Of a stretch of DNA of 46,957 nucleotides, positions 18,297-28,537 are shown piece by piece. Location: contig JAITSB010000051.1 of the NCBI GenBank assembly GCA_031288095.1, positions 1 to 46,957 on the forward strand, written 5' to 3'. The notes under the pieces were generated by a model. That model saw only the letters and a program-made list of their open reading frames with translations. It made no database searches and had not been told where the DNA came from. The stretch comes from Candidatus Opitulatrix roisinitermitis. Its GTDB lineage: Bacteria; Actinomycetota; Actinomycetes; Actinomycetales; Bifidobacteriaceae. Position numbers and translations under genes: made by a program. Numbering within the stretch: the stretch's first letter is position 1; each line of letters starts with the position of its first letter.

Positions 18297-19826
18297 TTAA
18301 GAATTTTTAGTTCTCTTTTTATCGGCCGTTTTCTTTTCATCAACCTTTTCATCGGTCTTTTTGTCAGCGGCCTTTGGTTTGTCAACTTTTTCAGCAGTTT
18401 TTTTATCAACTGTTTTGTCAACTTTTTCAGCAGATTTTTTATCAACTGTTTCATCAACTTTTTCAGCAGATTTTTTATCTAACTTTTTGTCAGAATCTGA
18501 TTTATCTATCATTTTACGAACTTGTTTTTTATGCGACTCCCAAGCATTGTAAGCCTTAGCATATTCTGCTTCCCAAACAGCTCTTTGTTCTTCAAAACCT
18601 GGCTTCCATTCATTAGCCGCCGCATCAAAACCTTCAGGGAATTTATAATTGCCGTCCTTATCATATTCAGCTTTCATACCATATAATGCAGGATCAAAAT
18701 CCTCACCGTCTGGATCAACTCCTGTGTTGGCTTGTTTCAAAGATAACGATATACGTCGATTTTCTAAATTAATGTCAGTTATTTTAGTGTATATATGCTC
18801 ACCTAAACTAATTACTGCATCTGGTATATCTATATGACTATCTGCCAGTTCAGAAATATGTATTAAGCCTTCAACCCCTTCAGATAATTTTATAAATGCA
18901 CCAAAAGTAACTAATTTCACAACCTCACCAGCCACTATTTGGCCAATCATATTGCTTCTAGCAAATTCTTGCCAAGGATCTGATTCAGTTGACTTTATAG
19001 ACAACGAAATGCGGCTCTTTTCTGTTTCAATTGACAAAACTTCAACAGTGACTTCATCTCCAACCTTAACTACTTCTGAAGGATGCATAACATGATTCCA
19101 CGAAAGTTCTGAAACGTGGACTAAACCGTCCATACCGCCTAAATCCACAAACGCCCCAAATGACACAATTGAAGAAATTTTGCCTTTACGAATTTGGCCA
19201 ACATGTAAATCGGCTAAGAATTTCTCTCTTAACTCGCCTTCTTTTTCTTCCAAAATAGCTCTATGAGACAAAACCACATTATTTTTAATTCTATCTAATT
19301 CAACAATTTTAGCATCTATTTTTTGACCTTTATATTGCTCAAAATCTGTTATACGACGAGAATCTATCAAAGAAGCCGGCATAAATCCTCTTATGCCCAC
19401 ATCCAAAATTAAACCGCCCCTAACAACGTCAATAACATCGCCGCTTATTATTTCATCTTTTTGTTTTATAGTTTCTAGGTCTTTCCAGGCATGCTCATAA
19501 ACGGCTCTTTTTCTCGATAAAATTAAACGACCTTCTTCGTCTTCTTTTTCTAAAACCAGCGTCTCTATTTTATCACCAATTTTCAAAAGCTCATTTGGAT
19601 TCACATCAGGATTAACTGAAAGTTCTTTTATTGGGATAACCCCTTCGGTTTTATACTTTACATCCAATAAAACCTCATCAAAACCGATTCTTATAACCAC
19701 CCCATTTAGAAAATCTCCATTTTTAAATTGAGAGATTGTGTTATCAACAGCCTCTATAAGTTGCTCTTTATTGCCAATATCATTTATTGCTACTTGCGGA
19801 ACTTTATTTTTTGTTTTATTTATCAT
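18297..19826 (-). CDS. rpsA: 30S ribosomal protein S1 with Lys-rich repetitive C-terminal tail
   Basis: 509 aa. Four S1 domains (GVVIRIG.., GDVIDVV.., GKISSIVSFGAFVDLGG.., GEVVKLVTFGAFIKL..), then a KKSAEKVD-type tail. Confidence 0.95.
   Translation of the reverse strand: MINKTKNKVPQVAINDIGNKEQLIEAVDNTISQFKNGDFLNGVVIRIGFDEVLLDVKYKTEGVIPIKELSVNPDVNPNELLKIGDKIETLVLEKEDEEGRLILSRKRAVYEHAWKDLETIKQKDEIISGDVIDVVRGGLILDVGIRGFMPASLIDSRRITDFEQYKGQKIDAKIVELDRIKNNVVLSHRAILEEKEGELREKFLADLHVGQIRKGKISSIVSFGAFVDLGGMDGLVHVSELSWNHVMHPSEVVKVGDEVTVEVLSIETEKSRISLSIKSTESDPWQEFARSNMIGQIVAGEVVKLVTFGAFIKLSEGVEGLIHISELADSHIDIPDAVISLGEHIYTKITDINLENRRISLSLKQANTGVDPDGEDFDPALYGMKAEYDKDGNYKFPEGFDAAANEWKPGFEEQRAVWEAEYAKAYNAWESHKKQVRKMIDKSDSDKKLDKKSAEKVDETVDKKSAEKVDKTVDKKTAEKVDKPKAADKKTDEKVDEKKTADKKRTKNS
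18381..18488 (-). repeat. in-frame 36-nt tandem repeat x3 (KKSAEKVDETVD-type) in the rpsA 3' end
   Basis: Units at 18381-18416, 18417-18452 and 18453-18488. Confidence 0.85.
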
Positions 19827-19959
19827 ATTATCCTTATAATAATTTTATTTTATTCACTTATCTAGAAACGAATACTTCTATTACTAGTTTATACTATATT
19901 TTATACTAATATAAATTTTTTCAAGTCAAACCTTTTATAGGTAAAAACAGCCTGCAATT

Positions 19960-20853
19960 TTAAACAATTTCTAACCATTTTATTCTCTTATCGCGTAAAA
20001 ACCATTTATATTGTTTTTTAGCTAATTGAAAAGTCGCTAAACTTATTGAATCAATTAACTGCTTTTGATTTATTTTTCCATCCAAATAATCACAAGTTTG
20101 AGCAAAACCAATAGCCTTTCTAGCAGTTTTGCCAGCCCTTTGTCTGGCTTGGGAAATTTCAGCAACTAATCCTTTTTCCACCATATCGACCGTTCTTCTA
20201 TAAATTCTTTTTTCTAAAATATCTTTGGGCCATTTTATAGCATACACTAATGTAGGCTTATAAAAATAATCCCCTTTAGGTAAACTAGCTTGAAAAGGTT
20301 TGCCTGTTAATTCTATAACTTCCAAAGCTCTAACCACTCGGCGAACATTTTCAGACGACAAAGTCTTAGCAGAAGCAAAATCTTTTTTAGCCAAGAGTTG
20401 ATATAAATAATCTTTTCCTTTTAGATCCAATAAATTATTATATTTTTGTCTAATCTCAGGATTTGTTGCCGGAAATTCAATGTTATCTAAAAGAGCATTT
20501 GTATATAAAGCTGATCCGCCAACAACTATCGGCAATCTAAAAAGTTTTTGAATTTTGCCAATATCTTTTCGAGCTTTTTTTTGATAAACAGACACACTAG
20601 AAATTTCTTCTAAATTTAAAACATCTAATTGGCAAAATTCAAAATTTTCACCAAGGTTTTTTTTAGCAGAACAAATATCCTGAACGGTCGGTTTTGCGCT
20701 AATAATATCAAATCCTTTATATAAAGCAAAAGCATCAGCATTAACAAAAGAGCAGCTTATATCTAACTTAGATTTTAATAAATTAGCTAAACGAAAAGCT
20801 AATTGAGTTTTGCCTGTAGCAGTAGGGCCGACTATAGCAACAAGCGGATACAA
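19960..20853 (-). CDS. miaA: tRNA dimethylallyltransferase
   Basis: 297 aa. P-loop GPTATGKT, ...VGGSALY... Confidence 0.9.
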   Translation of the reverse strand: MYPLVAIVGPTATGKTQLAFRLANLLKSKLDISCSFVNADAFALYKGFDIISAKPTVQDICSAKKNLGENFEFCQLDVLNLEEISSVSVYQKKARKDIGKIQKLFRLPIVVGGSALYTNALLDNIEFPATNPEIRQKYNNLLDLKGKDYLYQLLAKKDFASAKTLSSENVRRVVRALEVIELTGKPFQASLPKGDYFYKPTLVYAIKWPKDILEKRIYRRTVDMVEKGLVAEISQARQRAGKTARKAIGFAQTCDYLDGKINQKQLIDSISLATFQLAKKQYKWFLRDKRIKWLEIV

Positions 20854-21612
20854 TTATTTGCCCTGATTAGCTACTGCATCTATAGCTTTTTGGGCGTCAG
20901 GATCCAAATATCTGCCTTTTGCTAAAATTCTGAAACTAGTATTCAATTCGTAATAAAGAGGAATTCCTGTAGGAATATTTAAATTTGAAATTTCTTCATC
21001 GCTAATATTTTCTAAATATTTTACAATAGCTCTTAAAGAATTTCCGTGTGCAGCCACTAAAACAGTTTTTCCTAACTCTAATTCTGGAAAAATTCGAGAA
21101 AATAAATAAGGCTTAGCTCTTTGCAAAACATCTTTTAGGCTTTCTGATTTTGGAATAGGTTCGCCTAAATATCTAACATCATTACTTTGGGAATATTCGC
21201 TATCATCTTCAATTGGCGGAGGCGGAATATCATAAGACCTGCGCCATTGCATAAATTGATCATCTCCATAAGTTTTGCGTATTTCGGATTTATCTTTTCC
21301 TTGCAAAGCACCATAATGCCTTTCGTTCAACCTCCAAGATCTTTTCACTTCTATCCAATGTCTGTCAGCCTTATCCAAAGCAATATTAGCAGTGGTAATT
21401 GCTCGGCGCAGAAAAGACGTAAACACTATATCTGGCAAAATACCCTCTTCCTTAAGCAATAACCCCCCTTTGGCTGCTTCTGCCATGCCTTTTTCTGATA
21501 AAGGCACATCCACCCATCCAGTAAATAAATTTTTAGCATTCCAAACACTTTCACCGTGCCTTAAAAGCACTAATTTATAAATTTCGTTTTTATGTCTTTG
21601 ACCTATTATCAT
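20854..21612 (-). CDS. gpmA: 2,3-bisphosphoglycerate-dependent phosphoglycerate mutase
   Basis: 252 aa. [38 protein letters not shown]. Confidence 0.95.
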   Translation of the reverse strand: MIIGQRHKNEIYKLVLLRHGESVWNAKNLFTGWVDVPLSEKGMAEAAKGGLLLKEEGILPDIVFTSFLRRAITTANIALDKADRHWIEVKRSWRLNERHYGALQGKDKSEIRKTYGDDQFMQWRRSYDIPPPPIEDDSEYSQSNDVRYLGEPIPKSESLKDVLQRAKPYLFSRIFPELELGKTVLVAAHGNSLRAIVKYLENISDEEISNLNIPTGIPLYYELNTSFRILAKGRYLDPDAQKAIDAVANQGK

Positions 21613-22787
21613 TTATTGTCCTTTGGGTTTTTTGTTATTGCTCTTGCTATTCTTAGAATACCATTTTTTAAAACATTTTGATTAGTTGCTACATTAACTC
21701 TTATAAAATTTTTATATTTCACTCCTCCAAAAGTTATTCCATCATTCACCGAAACATAAGCTTTTTCTAAAACGAATTTAGCATTCACACCTTTATAAGC
21801 ACTCATATCTATCCATGCCAAAGGAACTGCACCTGTATAATAAATTTTTGCTTTAGGCAAATATTCTTTCATAAGAGAAGAAAAAAAAGAAAAATTTTCT
21901 GCCAAACTCTTGCGAAATCTTTTTAAATATTTATCTCCTTTAGAATAAGCCGCAATCGCACATCTTATAGGATAATGATTTAATATATGCTCTATCACTT
22001 TTGGGGTTTTGTCTAATAAATTAACTGCTTGTCCAAATGGAAAAACTATTGAAGATTTTAAACCTGGCATGCCATAAGCTTTAGACGGTGAAATAATAGA
22101 AACTCCTTCATTTATTTTCCCTACACATAAAAGGGAATTGAAATGACCTGGCGCAGACATGTCAGAATAGATCTCATCAGAAATTATAAAAATCTTATAT
22201 TTATTACATAATAAAACAAGTTTTTTTAATTCACTCTTAGTATGTACAGTTCCTGTGGGGTTTTGTGGATTGCACAACAAATAAATAGCTGGTTTAGACT
22301 GCAAAGCTCTAAATTTTTTTTCTAGATTAACCAAATCTAAACGCCATTGAGAATTTAAAGGAACGTCATGCAAATTATAATTTTGAGCAATAGTTGTTAT
22401 AAAAGGAGGATAAACAGGTGAAGATATAATTATATTTTTCTCAGAATCTTTGGCTTTTTTATTTTCAAAATAAATTCTTGACAAAATTCTTGAAGCTGCT
22501 ATAACGCCTGGATAAATTTGAGAGCTCTTAATATCTATTGTTTTTTTATGGTGCCTGGCATAGTATTGAGCATAAACTTCTTTATATTCATTAATGTCCT
22601 TTTGAGAAACATATCCACAATCTGTTAAACGTGTTAAATATGATAATTCTCCTGCAATAGAATTATCAAACGGGACATCAACTTCTGCAATATCTAGCGG
22701 AATAATAGATTTATCTTTATCTCCCCATTTTCTAGATGTTCTTTTACGCAAATTTTTTTCATTATAAATATTAAAAATATTTTTCAT
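21609..22787 (-). CDS. class I/II PLP aminotransferase, PatB/MalY-type C-S lyase candidate
   Basis: 392 aa. CNPQNPTG and the [12 protein letters not shown] (S-x-S-K PLP lysine) motif. Its start overlaps the pknB stop by 1 nt (TAATG). Confidence 0.7.
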   Translation of the reverse strand: MKNIFNIYNEKNLRKRTSRKWGDKDKSIIPLDIAEVDVPFDNSIAGELSYLTRLTDCGYVSQKDINEYKEVYAQYYARHHKKTIDIKSSQIYPGVIAASRILSRIYFENKKAKDSEKNIIISSPVYPPFITTIAQNYNLHDVPLNSQWRLDLVNLEKKFRALQSKPAIYLLCNPQNPTGTVHTKSELKKLVLLCNKYKIFIISDEIYSDMSAPGHFNSLLCVGKINEGVSIISPSKAYGMPGLKSSIVFPFGQAVNLLDKTPKVIEHILNHYPIRCAIAAYSKGDKYLKRFRKSLAENFSFFSSLMKEYLPKAKIYYTGAVPLAWIDMSAYKGVNAKFVLEKAYVSVNDGITFGGVKYKNFIRVNVATNQNVLKNGILRIARAITKNPKDNK

Positions 22788-24667
22788 TATCCCCCATTGG
22801 ACACATAAATCGTCACAGAACTGTTAGGGCTAACTTTTTGACCTGCCAAAGGAGAAGTAGAAATAACAGTGTCTTTTGGCGAACTAGAACTTTGATATTC
22901 CACTTGCGGCAAAAGCCCTAGCTGCTGAATTGCTCTAATAGCTTCGGCTTTCATTTTGCCTTCTAAATCAGGTATTGTTATGGTTTTAGGAACTGCTATA
23001 TAAATAATTATTGTGGAATTCTGCTGAACAGAGCCAGCCGTCGGATTAGTTTTAGTGACAGTTCCTGGTGTTTTATCATCAGTTTTATCATCTTGAAAAT
23101 TAGCGATCAAATGCAATTTTTTAACTTCATCATCAGCTTGATCCCTAGTTTTGCCAGTCAAATCAGGCAGCGCAACATTGCCTGTTGAAATATAAAGAAT
23201 TATCGTTTGACCTTTTTGAATTTTGCTACCAGCTTCAGGACTGGTTCGTGTGATATTATCTTTTGCAACATCCGGCGAATCTTCGGTTTTTATAGAGCCA
23301 ACAGTCAAACCTAAATCTGATAAAGTTTTTTGGGCGACATCTTGACTAGAATTTTTTAAATCTGGCACTGTTAAATCCTCTGGACCAGCTGAAAAATAAA
23401 CTTTAACAGTTGAACCCTGATTTACTTGGGTTCCTCCAATAGGATCCGAATGAGTGAAAGTATCTTTTGGCAAAGTAGAAGATGCGTCAGGTAATTGTTC
23501 ATAGACTAATTTAGCTGCTTCAATTTGTTGTTTAGCTTCTACAGGAGTCACGTTAGCAGCCAAACGCGGCACAGTAACTTTAACCCCGCAGGAAGTCCAA
23601 ATAACAGCACCTGTTATGCCTATCACTAACAAAATTACAAGTGATATAATTAAAGGCACTTTTTTGCTTTTTTTTGTTTTTTGTCCAGCGTTTATATCAT
23701 CTTTTATAGCTGGCATAATTTTAGTTTGAGAACCATCATCATAAACATCATTTGGCAAACCCATTGAGGCAGAAACTGGATTCAAAACGGTGGTTTCGTC
23801 TGCACTGGGCAAATTTCTTCCGCCAGCAGCTGCCTCAACATCTGCTTTAAAGGAAAAGGCCGTTTGATATCTCATATTAGGGTCTTTAGCCATAGCCCGA
23901 GAAACTATTTGATCCCACAAAGGATTTAAACCTGACACAATTTCACTAGGTTTTTGATGATTTTCTGAAACATGTTGATAAGCAATAGAAACAGCATTTT
24001 CTCCGCTAAAAGGCGGCTGACCAGTTAATAATTCAAATAATAAACAGCCAGCAGAATATAAATCGCTTCTAGCATCAACTTTTGAGCCTTTGGCTTGTTC
24101 AGGCGATAAATATTGAGCAGTCCCCACTACTGTATTAGCTTGAGTCATAGTCGCCGATGAATCAGCCACAGCTCTAGCTATGCCAAAATCCATAACTTTT
24201 ACCTGGCCTGAAGAAGAAATAAAAATATTTCCTGGCTTTATATCTCTATGAATCACTCCGTGTTTATGCGAATATTCCAAAGCATCCAAAACACCTTGCA
24301 TAATTTTAGCTGAAAATTGTGGATTCACTTGATTTTGTTTAGCAATAATAGTTTTTAAATCATCACCTTGAATAAATTCCATAACTATATAAGGATATTT
24401 CACAACCGATCCAGAATTATCAACTATTTCTTCACCTGTATCATAGACCGCCACAATATTAGGGTGATTTAGCGAGGCAGCGGCCTCAGCTTCACGTTTG
24501 AATCTGGAATAAAATACTAAATCTTGAGTTAATGCAGGACGCAAAATTTTCACGGCCACAACCCTTTGTAAACGATTATCAAAAGCTTTATGAACTTCTG
24601 CCATGCCTCCTTGCCCCACCATTTCTCTTAGTTCATATCTACCCCCTAGAACTTGTGGCATAGTCAT
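22787..24667 (-). CDS. pknB: Ser/Thr protein kinase PknB with TM segment and PASTA repeats
   Basis: 626 aa. GGMAEVH, HRDIKPGN, DFGIA, GTAQYLSPEQ, then a TM segment (LIISLVILLVIGITGAVIW) and four PASTA-like units (VPDL/LPDL/IPDL spacing). Confidence 0.9.
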   Translation of the reverse strand: MTMPQVLGGRYELREMVGQGGMAEVHKAFDNRLQRVVAVKILRPALTQDLVFYSRFKREAEAAASLNHPNIVAVYDTGEEIVDNSGSVVKYPYIVMEFIQGDDLKTIIAKQNQVNPQFSAKIMQGVLDALEYSHKHGVIHRDIKPGNIFISSSGQVKVMDFGIARAVADSSATMTQANTVVGTAQYLSPEQAKGSKVDARSDLYSAGCLLFELLTGQPPFSGENAVSIAYQHVSENHQKPSEIVSGLNPLWDQIVSRAMAKDPNMRYQTAFSFKADVEAAAGGRNLPSADETTVLNPVSASMGLPNDVYDDGSQTKIMPAIKDDINAGQKTKKSKKVPLIISLVILLVIGITGAVIWTSCGVKVTVPRLAANVTPVEAKQQIEAAKLVYEQLPDASSTLPKDTFTHSDPIGGTQVNQGSTVKVYFSAGPEDLTVPDLKNSSQDVAQKTLSDLGLTVGSIKTEDSPDVAKDNITRTSPEAGSKIQKGQTIILYISTGNVALPDLTGKTRDQADDEVKKLHLIANFQDDKTDDKTPGTVTKTNPTAGSVQQNSTIIIYIAVPKTITIPDLEGKMKAEAIRAIQQLGLLPQVEYQSSSSPKDTVISTSPLAGQKVSPNSSVTIYVSNGG

Positions 24668-24767
24668 ATTTTACCTGCTTTCATAAATTTAAATCTTATG
24701 TTCCATTCACTAATATTTATATATTAATAATTCTACATTATATTGACTGGTTTTCGCAAATTTTAGC

Positions 24768-25607
24768 CTATTTCCAGTGTTTTAGACTATCAGGCACAAA
24801 AGTGGCTAATTCTAAACCTAATTTATAGGTATTACTAGGTCTTTCCTTAGGGTCTTTGGCTAACATAGATTTTATAAGCTCTTGTAATTTCGGATCAATT
24901 GAACTAGGCATTGGTGGAACAGGCTGTTTAACATGCGCCACAGCTATGTCCACAGCAGTTTTGCCTGAAAAGGGCCTATACCCCACCAAGGCTTCATAAG
25001 CTATAATACCTAATGCATAAATGTCTGAGGCTTTTTCAGCTGGTTTGCCGACCGCTTGTTCAGGAGATAAATATTGAGCAGTCCCCATAACCATGCCGTT
25101 AGCAGTAATATCTTTTTGGTTATTAGCTTTAGAAACACCGAAATCAGTTATTTTAGCATGTCCGTCAGATGTGACTAAAATATTTGATGGTTTAATATCT
25201 CTGTGAATTATATTTTCTCGATGAGCCTTAGCCAAGCCAAAAGAAACTTGTGAAAGAATTGGTAAAATTCTTTGGGGTGTCATTTTTTGAACTTCAGATA
25301 AAATATCGGCCAAAGACTTAGATTCCACAAATTCCATAATTAAAAATCCGAAATTGTCTGATTCTTGATAATCATGAATTGAAACAATATTCTGATGAAT
25401 TAGCGAAGCACTATTTATGGCTTCTATTCTTAATCTTTTTAAATATTCTTGCCCGCCCGCCATATCAGCATTTTGAGTTTTTATTGCCACAGGCCTATTC
25501 AAACTTGTGTCAAACCCTTTAAACATTTGCCCCATACCGCCTTCAGCAATTAACTCTTGCAAAACATAGCGATTATTTATAACATCTGACGGAGCAAACT
25601 TTTTCAT
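24768..25607 (-). CDS. pknA: Ser/Thr protein kinase, PknA position, kinase domain only (no TM segment)
   Basis: 279 aa. GGMGQMF, HRDIKPSN, DFGVS, GTAQYLSPEQ. The ORF ends right after the kinase domain. Confidence 0.8.
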   Translation of the reverse strand: MKKFAPSDVINNRYVLQELIAEGGMGQMFKGFDTSLNRPVAIKTQNADMAGGQEYLKRLRIEAINSASLIHQNIVSIHDYQESDNFGFLIMEFVESKSLADILSEVQKMTPQRILPILSQVSFGLAKAHRENIIHRDIKPSNILVTSDGHAKITDFGVSKANNQKDITANGMVMGTAQYLSPEQAVGKPAEKASDIYALGIIAYEALVGYRPFSGKTAVDIAVAHVKQPVPPMPSSIDPKLQELIKSMLAKDPKERPSNTYKLGLELATFVPDSLKHWK

Positions 25608-27082
25608 TGTAAAGCCGCCTGCATAACTTGTTTAGCCACAGGAGCAGATGCCGAAGCACCTGTTGGATCATTTTCTCCATCTTCCACTAAAACACAAACT
25701 GCTATTTTAGGGTTATCAGCCGGAGCAAATCCTGTGAACCAGGCATGAGGTGTTGCGTTCTGAGTCGTTTGAGCAGTCCCTGTTTTGCCCGCCACTATTA
25801 CCCCTGGAATTTGCGCATTAAAAGCCCCGCCTCTTTGGACAACTGCTTGCATCATAGTGTTTAATTGCTGAGCAGTGTCATAACTTATAACAGGATTGCT
25901 AAATTGTTCAGAATATTGACTTAACGGAAATTGTTTAACAATTCTGCCTGATGGATCTTTTATATCTTTTACTAAATATGGGTAAGGCAATTTTCCATTA
26001 TTCGCCACAACAGCACTAATTAATAAATCTTGTAAAGGAGTGAATTTAACATCTCCTTGTCCTATAGAGGCTAAAGCCAATTTATCATCTGTCAAATTTT
26101 TAGGAAAAACACTTGGGCTCGATTCCAAAGCTAAAGAATTTTGAGCGTCAGCTAAAATAAATTTTGTTCCTACTCCAAATAAATTAGCCTGGCTAGCTAT
26201 ATTAGCTTGTCCTAATTTCACACCTAACATAGCAAAAGCTGTATTACAAGAAATTCTTAGAGCATCAAGTAAAGCCTGATTTCCAGTGGATGAACAAACT
26301 TCATTATTGTAATTAGGCAAATTAGTTATAGTTCCTGGCAAACGATAAAATTGCGGTGAAGGAATATTGCTATCTTTATTATAATTTCCAGAACTAATAG
26401 CCGAAGCCGAATCTATAACTTTAAAAGTGGAACCAGGAGGATATAAAGCAGAAATAGTTTTATTTATTAAAGGACTTTCTAGTCCTTGAGCCAATTCACT
26501 ATATACATCAGAGGCCTTAGCAGAATTATGAATTGCTAAATCGTTTGGGTCATAAGCCGGTTTAGAAACCATTGCTAAAATTGCGCCTGTTTTAGGGTCC
26601 ATAGCTAAAACCGCGCCTTTGCGGTCTCCTAATGCATCCCAAGCAACTTTTTGTAGCTTGCTGGAAATTGTTGTTTCCACAGAACCCCCAACCTGTCCTT
26701 TACCCATAAAACTATTTAATATTTGGTCTAACCAAAAAATATCAGCAGAACCGTCAAGATAGGAATTTTGGGCTGCTTCTAAACCTCTGTCGGCCCGATT
26801 AGTTATTGAATAAAAACCAGTTACTGCAGAATATAATTGACCATCAACATATTTTCTTTGATATTCAAATTCATCATTTGACTTTTCTGAATAGGCTATA
26901 GCTTTCCCGTCAACTAAAATATCTCCTCTTTTATGGTCATATTCATTATATAATTGTCTGGTATTTCTAGTATCAGACCTCAAAGCTGAAACTTGAAAAA
27001 ATTGCCAATAACTAGAAGAAGCTATTAAAACTAAACTCAAAAAAATAACTAAAACCCCCACACGAGAAATCTGTTTATTCAT
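25604..27082 (-). CDS. pbpA: class B penicillin-binding protein (transpeptidase) PbpA
   Basis: 492 aa. STFK, SCN and KTGTA motifs, with an N-terminal TM anchor. Confidence 0.9.
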   Translation of the reverse strand: MNKQISRVGVLVIFLSLVLIASSSYWQFFQVSALRSDTRNTRQLYNEYDHKRGDILVDGKAIAYSEKSNDEFEYQRKYVDGQLYSAVTGFYSITNRADRGLEAAQNSYLDGSADIFWLDQILNSFMGKGQVGGSVETTISSKLQKVAWDALGDRKGAVLAMDPKTGAILAMVSKPAYDPNDLAIHNSAKASDVYSELAQGLESPLINKTISALYPPGSTFKVIDSASAISSGNYNKDSNIPSPQFYRLPGTITNLPNYNNEVCSSTGNQALLDALRISCNTAFAMLGVKLGQANIASQANLFGVGTKFILADAQNSLALESSPSVFPKNLTDDKLALASIGQGDVKFTPLQDLLISAVVANNGKLPYPYLVKDIKDPSGRIVKQFPLSQYSEQFSNPVISYDTAQQLNTMMQAVVQRGGAFNAQIPGVIVAGKTGTAQTTQNATPHAWFTGFAPADNPKIAVCVLVEDGENDPTGASASAPVAKQVMQAALQ

Positions 27083-28485
27083 TAGACTGCTCCACCGTTC
27101 AATAACTCATCGCTTTGCAGAAAATTGCCCTCTTTAGGAGTATTAGCAGAATTAGAAACCACTAATAGAATTGTTATAAAAATAAAATTAGCCATTAAAC
27201 TAGAACCCCCTCTTGACAATAACGGTAGAGTTAGACCAGTCAAAGGAATTATAAGAGTTATACCTCCCACCACAACAAAGACTTGCAAAATTATAGAAAA
27301 AGCAATGCCTGATGACAACAATTTTCCAAAGCCTAATAATTCTCTTTTTGCAATTATAATCCCTCTAGCGGATAAAATCAAATAACAAAGCAAAATTACA
27401 ATAATGCCTGTTAGCCCTATTTGTTCGCCAATTGAAGTAAAAACAAAATCAGAGTCCGCAAAAGGAGTTATCCCTGGATGCCCAGAACCCCAACCTGTGC
27501 CAAATAAACCGCCGGCTGCTAGGCCAAAAAGACCTTGAACTATTTGTCCCGATCCGCCAGGAGACCTTTCATAAACTGTTTGAGCAAAGGGATTTAACCA
27601 AATATCAAAACGGGCAGCCACATAAGGGAAAATAGTTAAAATAACACTAACAGCCGCTAAAAAAAGCACTCCTCCTATAACTAACCAAGATGGCCTATCA
27701 GTAGCAACATAAAGCATACATAAAAACATTCCAAAAAACAAAAGTGAAGTCCCTAAATCGTGCTGCAAAACTAAAATTCCTAAAGAACCTGCCCAAACAA
27801 ATAAAATAGGTCCAAAATCTTGTAAACGAGGAAACCTAATGCCTAAAATTTTGGGTCCAGCCAAAGCTAAAACGTCTCTTTTTTCAACCAGATACCCAGC
27901 AAAAAAAATGCTCAAAAATATTTTAGCAAATTCAGCTGGTTGAATAGTTATACCCGCCAAATTTATCCAAAGCTGGGCTCCATTAACAGACGTCCCTATT
28001 ATCGGCAAAATTGGCGAAATTAATAAAACCAAACCTATAGCCATAGAAGTGTAAATATAACGTCTTAATTTTATATAGTCCTTTATAAAAAAAATCATCC
28101 CAGCAGATAAAACTAATGACAAAATAATCCAGGCAAATTGCATAGTTGCTATATTGCCATATCCTATAAAACCTGCTCTAGTTCTTGGCAATTCTATACG
28201 ATAAATAATTGTCACACCAATTGACGCTAAAAGCATAACAACAGGTAAAATAATTTGATCGGCAAATTTCAAGAATTTTTGCAAAATTATATGATAAAAT
28301 AATCCAGTTAATGTGAAAATTACTATAAAAACTAAAATTTTCTTGCCTATTTGACCGGTTATTTTATAATCTACCAAACATAAACTTATAGCAAATATTA
28401 TATCAACCAAAGCTAATAAAATAATTTCTAAAAATCGCCGAGTTTCAATTTTTTCATTGGTTTGTAGTCGCTGGTTATTTTTCAT
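27082..28485 (-). CDS. rodA: SEDS-family glycosyltransferase RodA/FtsW
   Basis: 467 aa, polytopic. ...QPAEFAKI... and ...SRGGSSL... signatures. Confidence 0.9.
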   Translation of the reverse strand: MKNNQRLQTNEKIETRRFLEIILLALVDIIFAISLCLVDYKITGQIGKKILVFIVIFTLTGLFYHIILQKFLKFADQIILPVVMLLASIGVTIIYRIELPRTRAGFIGYGNIATMQFAWIILSLVLSAGMIFFIKDYIKLRRYIYTSMAIGLVLLISPILPIIGTSVNGAQLWINLAGITIQPAEFAKIFLSIFFAGYLVEKRDVLALAGPKILGIRFPRLQDFGPILFVWAGSLGILVLQHDLGTSLLFFGMFLCMLYVATDRPSWLVIGGVLFLAAVSVILTIFPYVAARFDIWLNPFAQTVYERSPGGSGQIVQGLFGLAAGGLFGTGWGSGHPGITPFADSDFVFTSIGEQIGLTGIIVILLCYLILSARGIIIAKRELLGFGKLLSSGIAFSIILQVFVVVGGITLIIPLTGLTLPLLSRGGSSLMANFIFITILLVVSNSANTPKEGNFLQSDELLNGGAV

Positions 28486-28537
28486 TCTACTTAAATATTT
28501 TTATTAAAATGCCATTTTCAAAAATTTTCAATAAACC

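Noticed and set aside
18361-18559. Two plus-strand ORFs (18361-18552 and 18374-18559) with repetitive FSTV/QLF peptides
   Set aside because: They lie antisense to the 36-nt repeat array in the rpsA tail, the same periodicity artefact.
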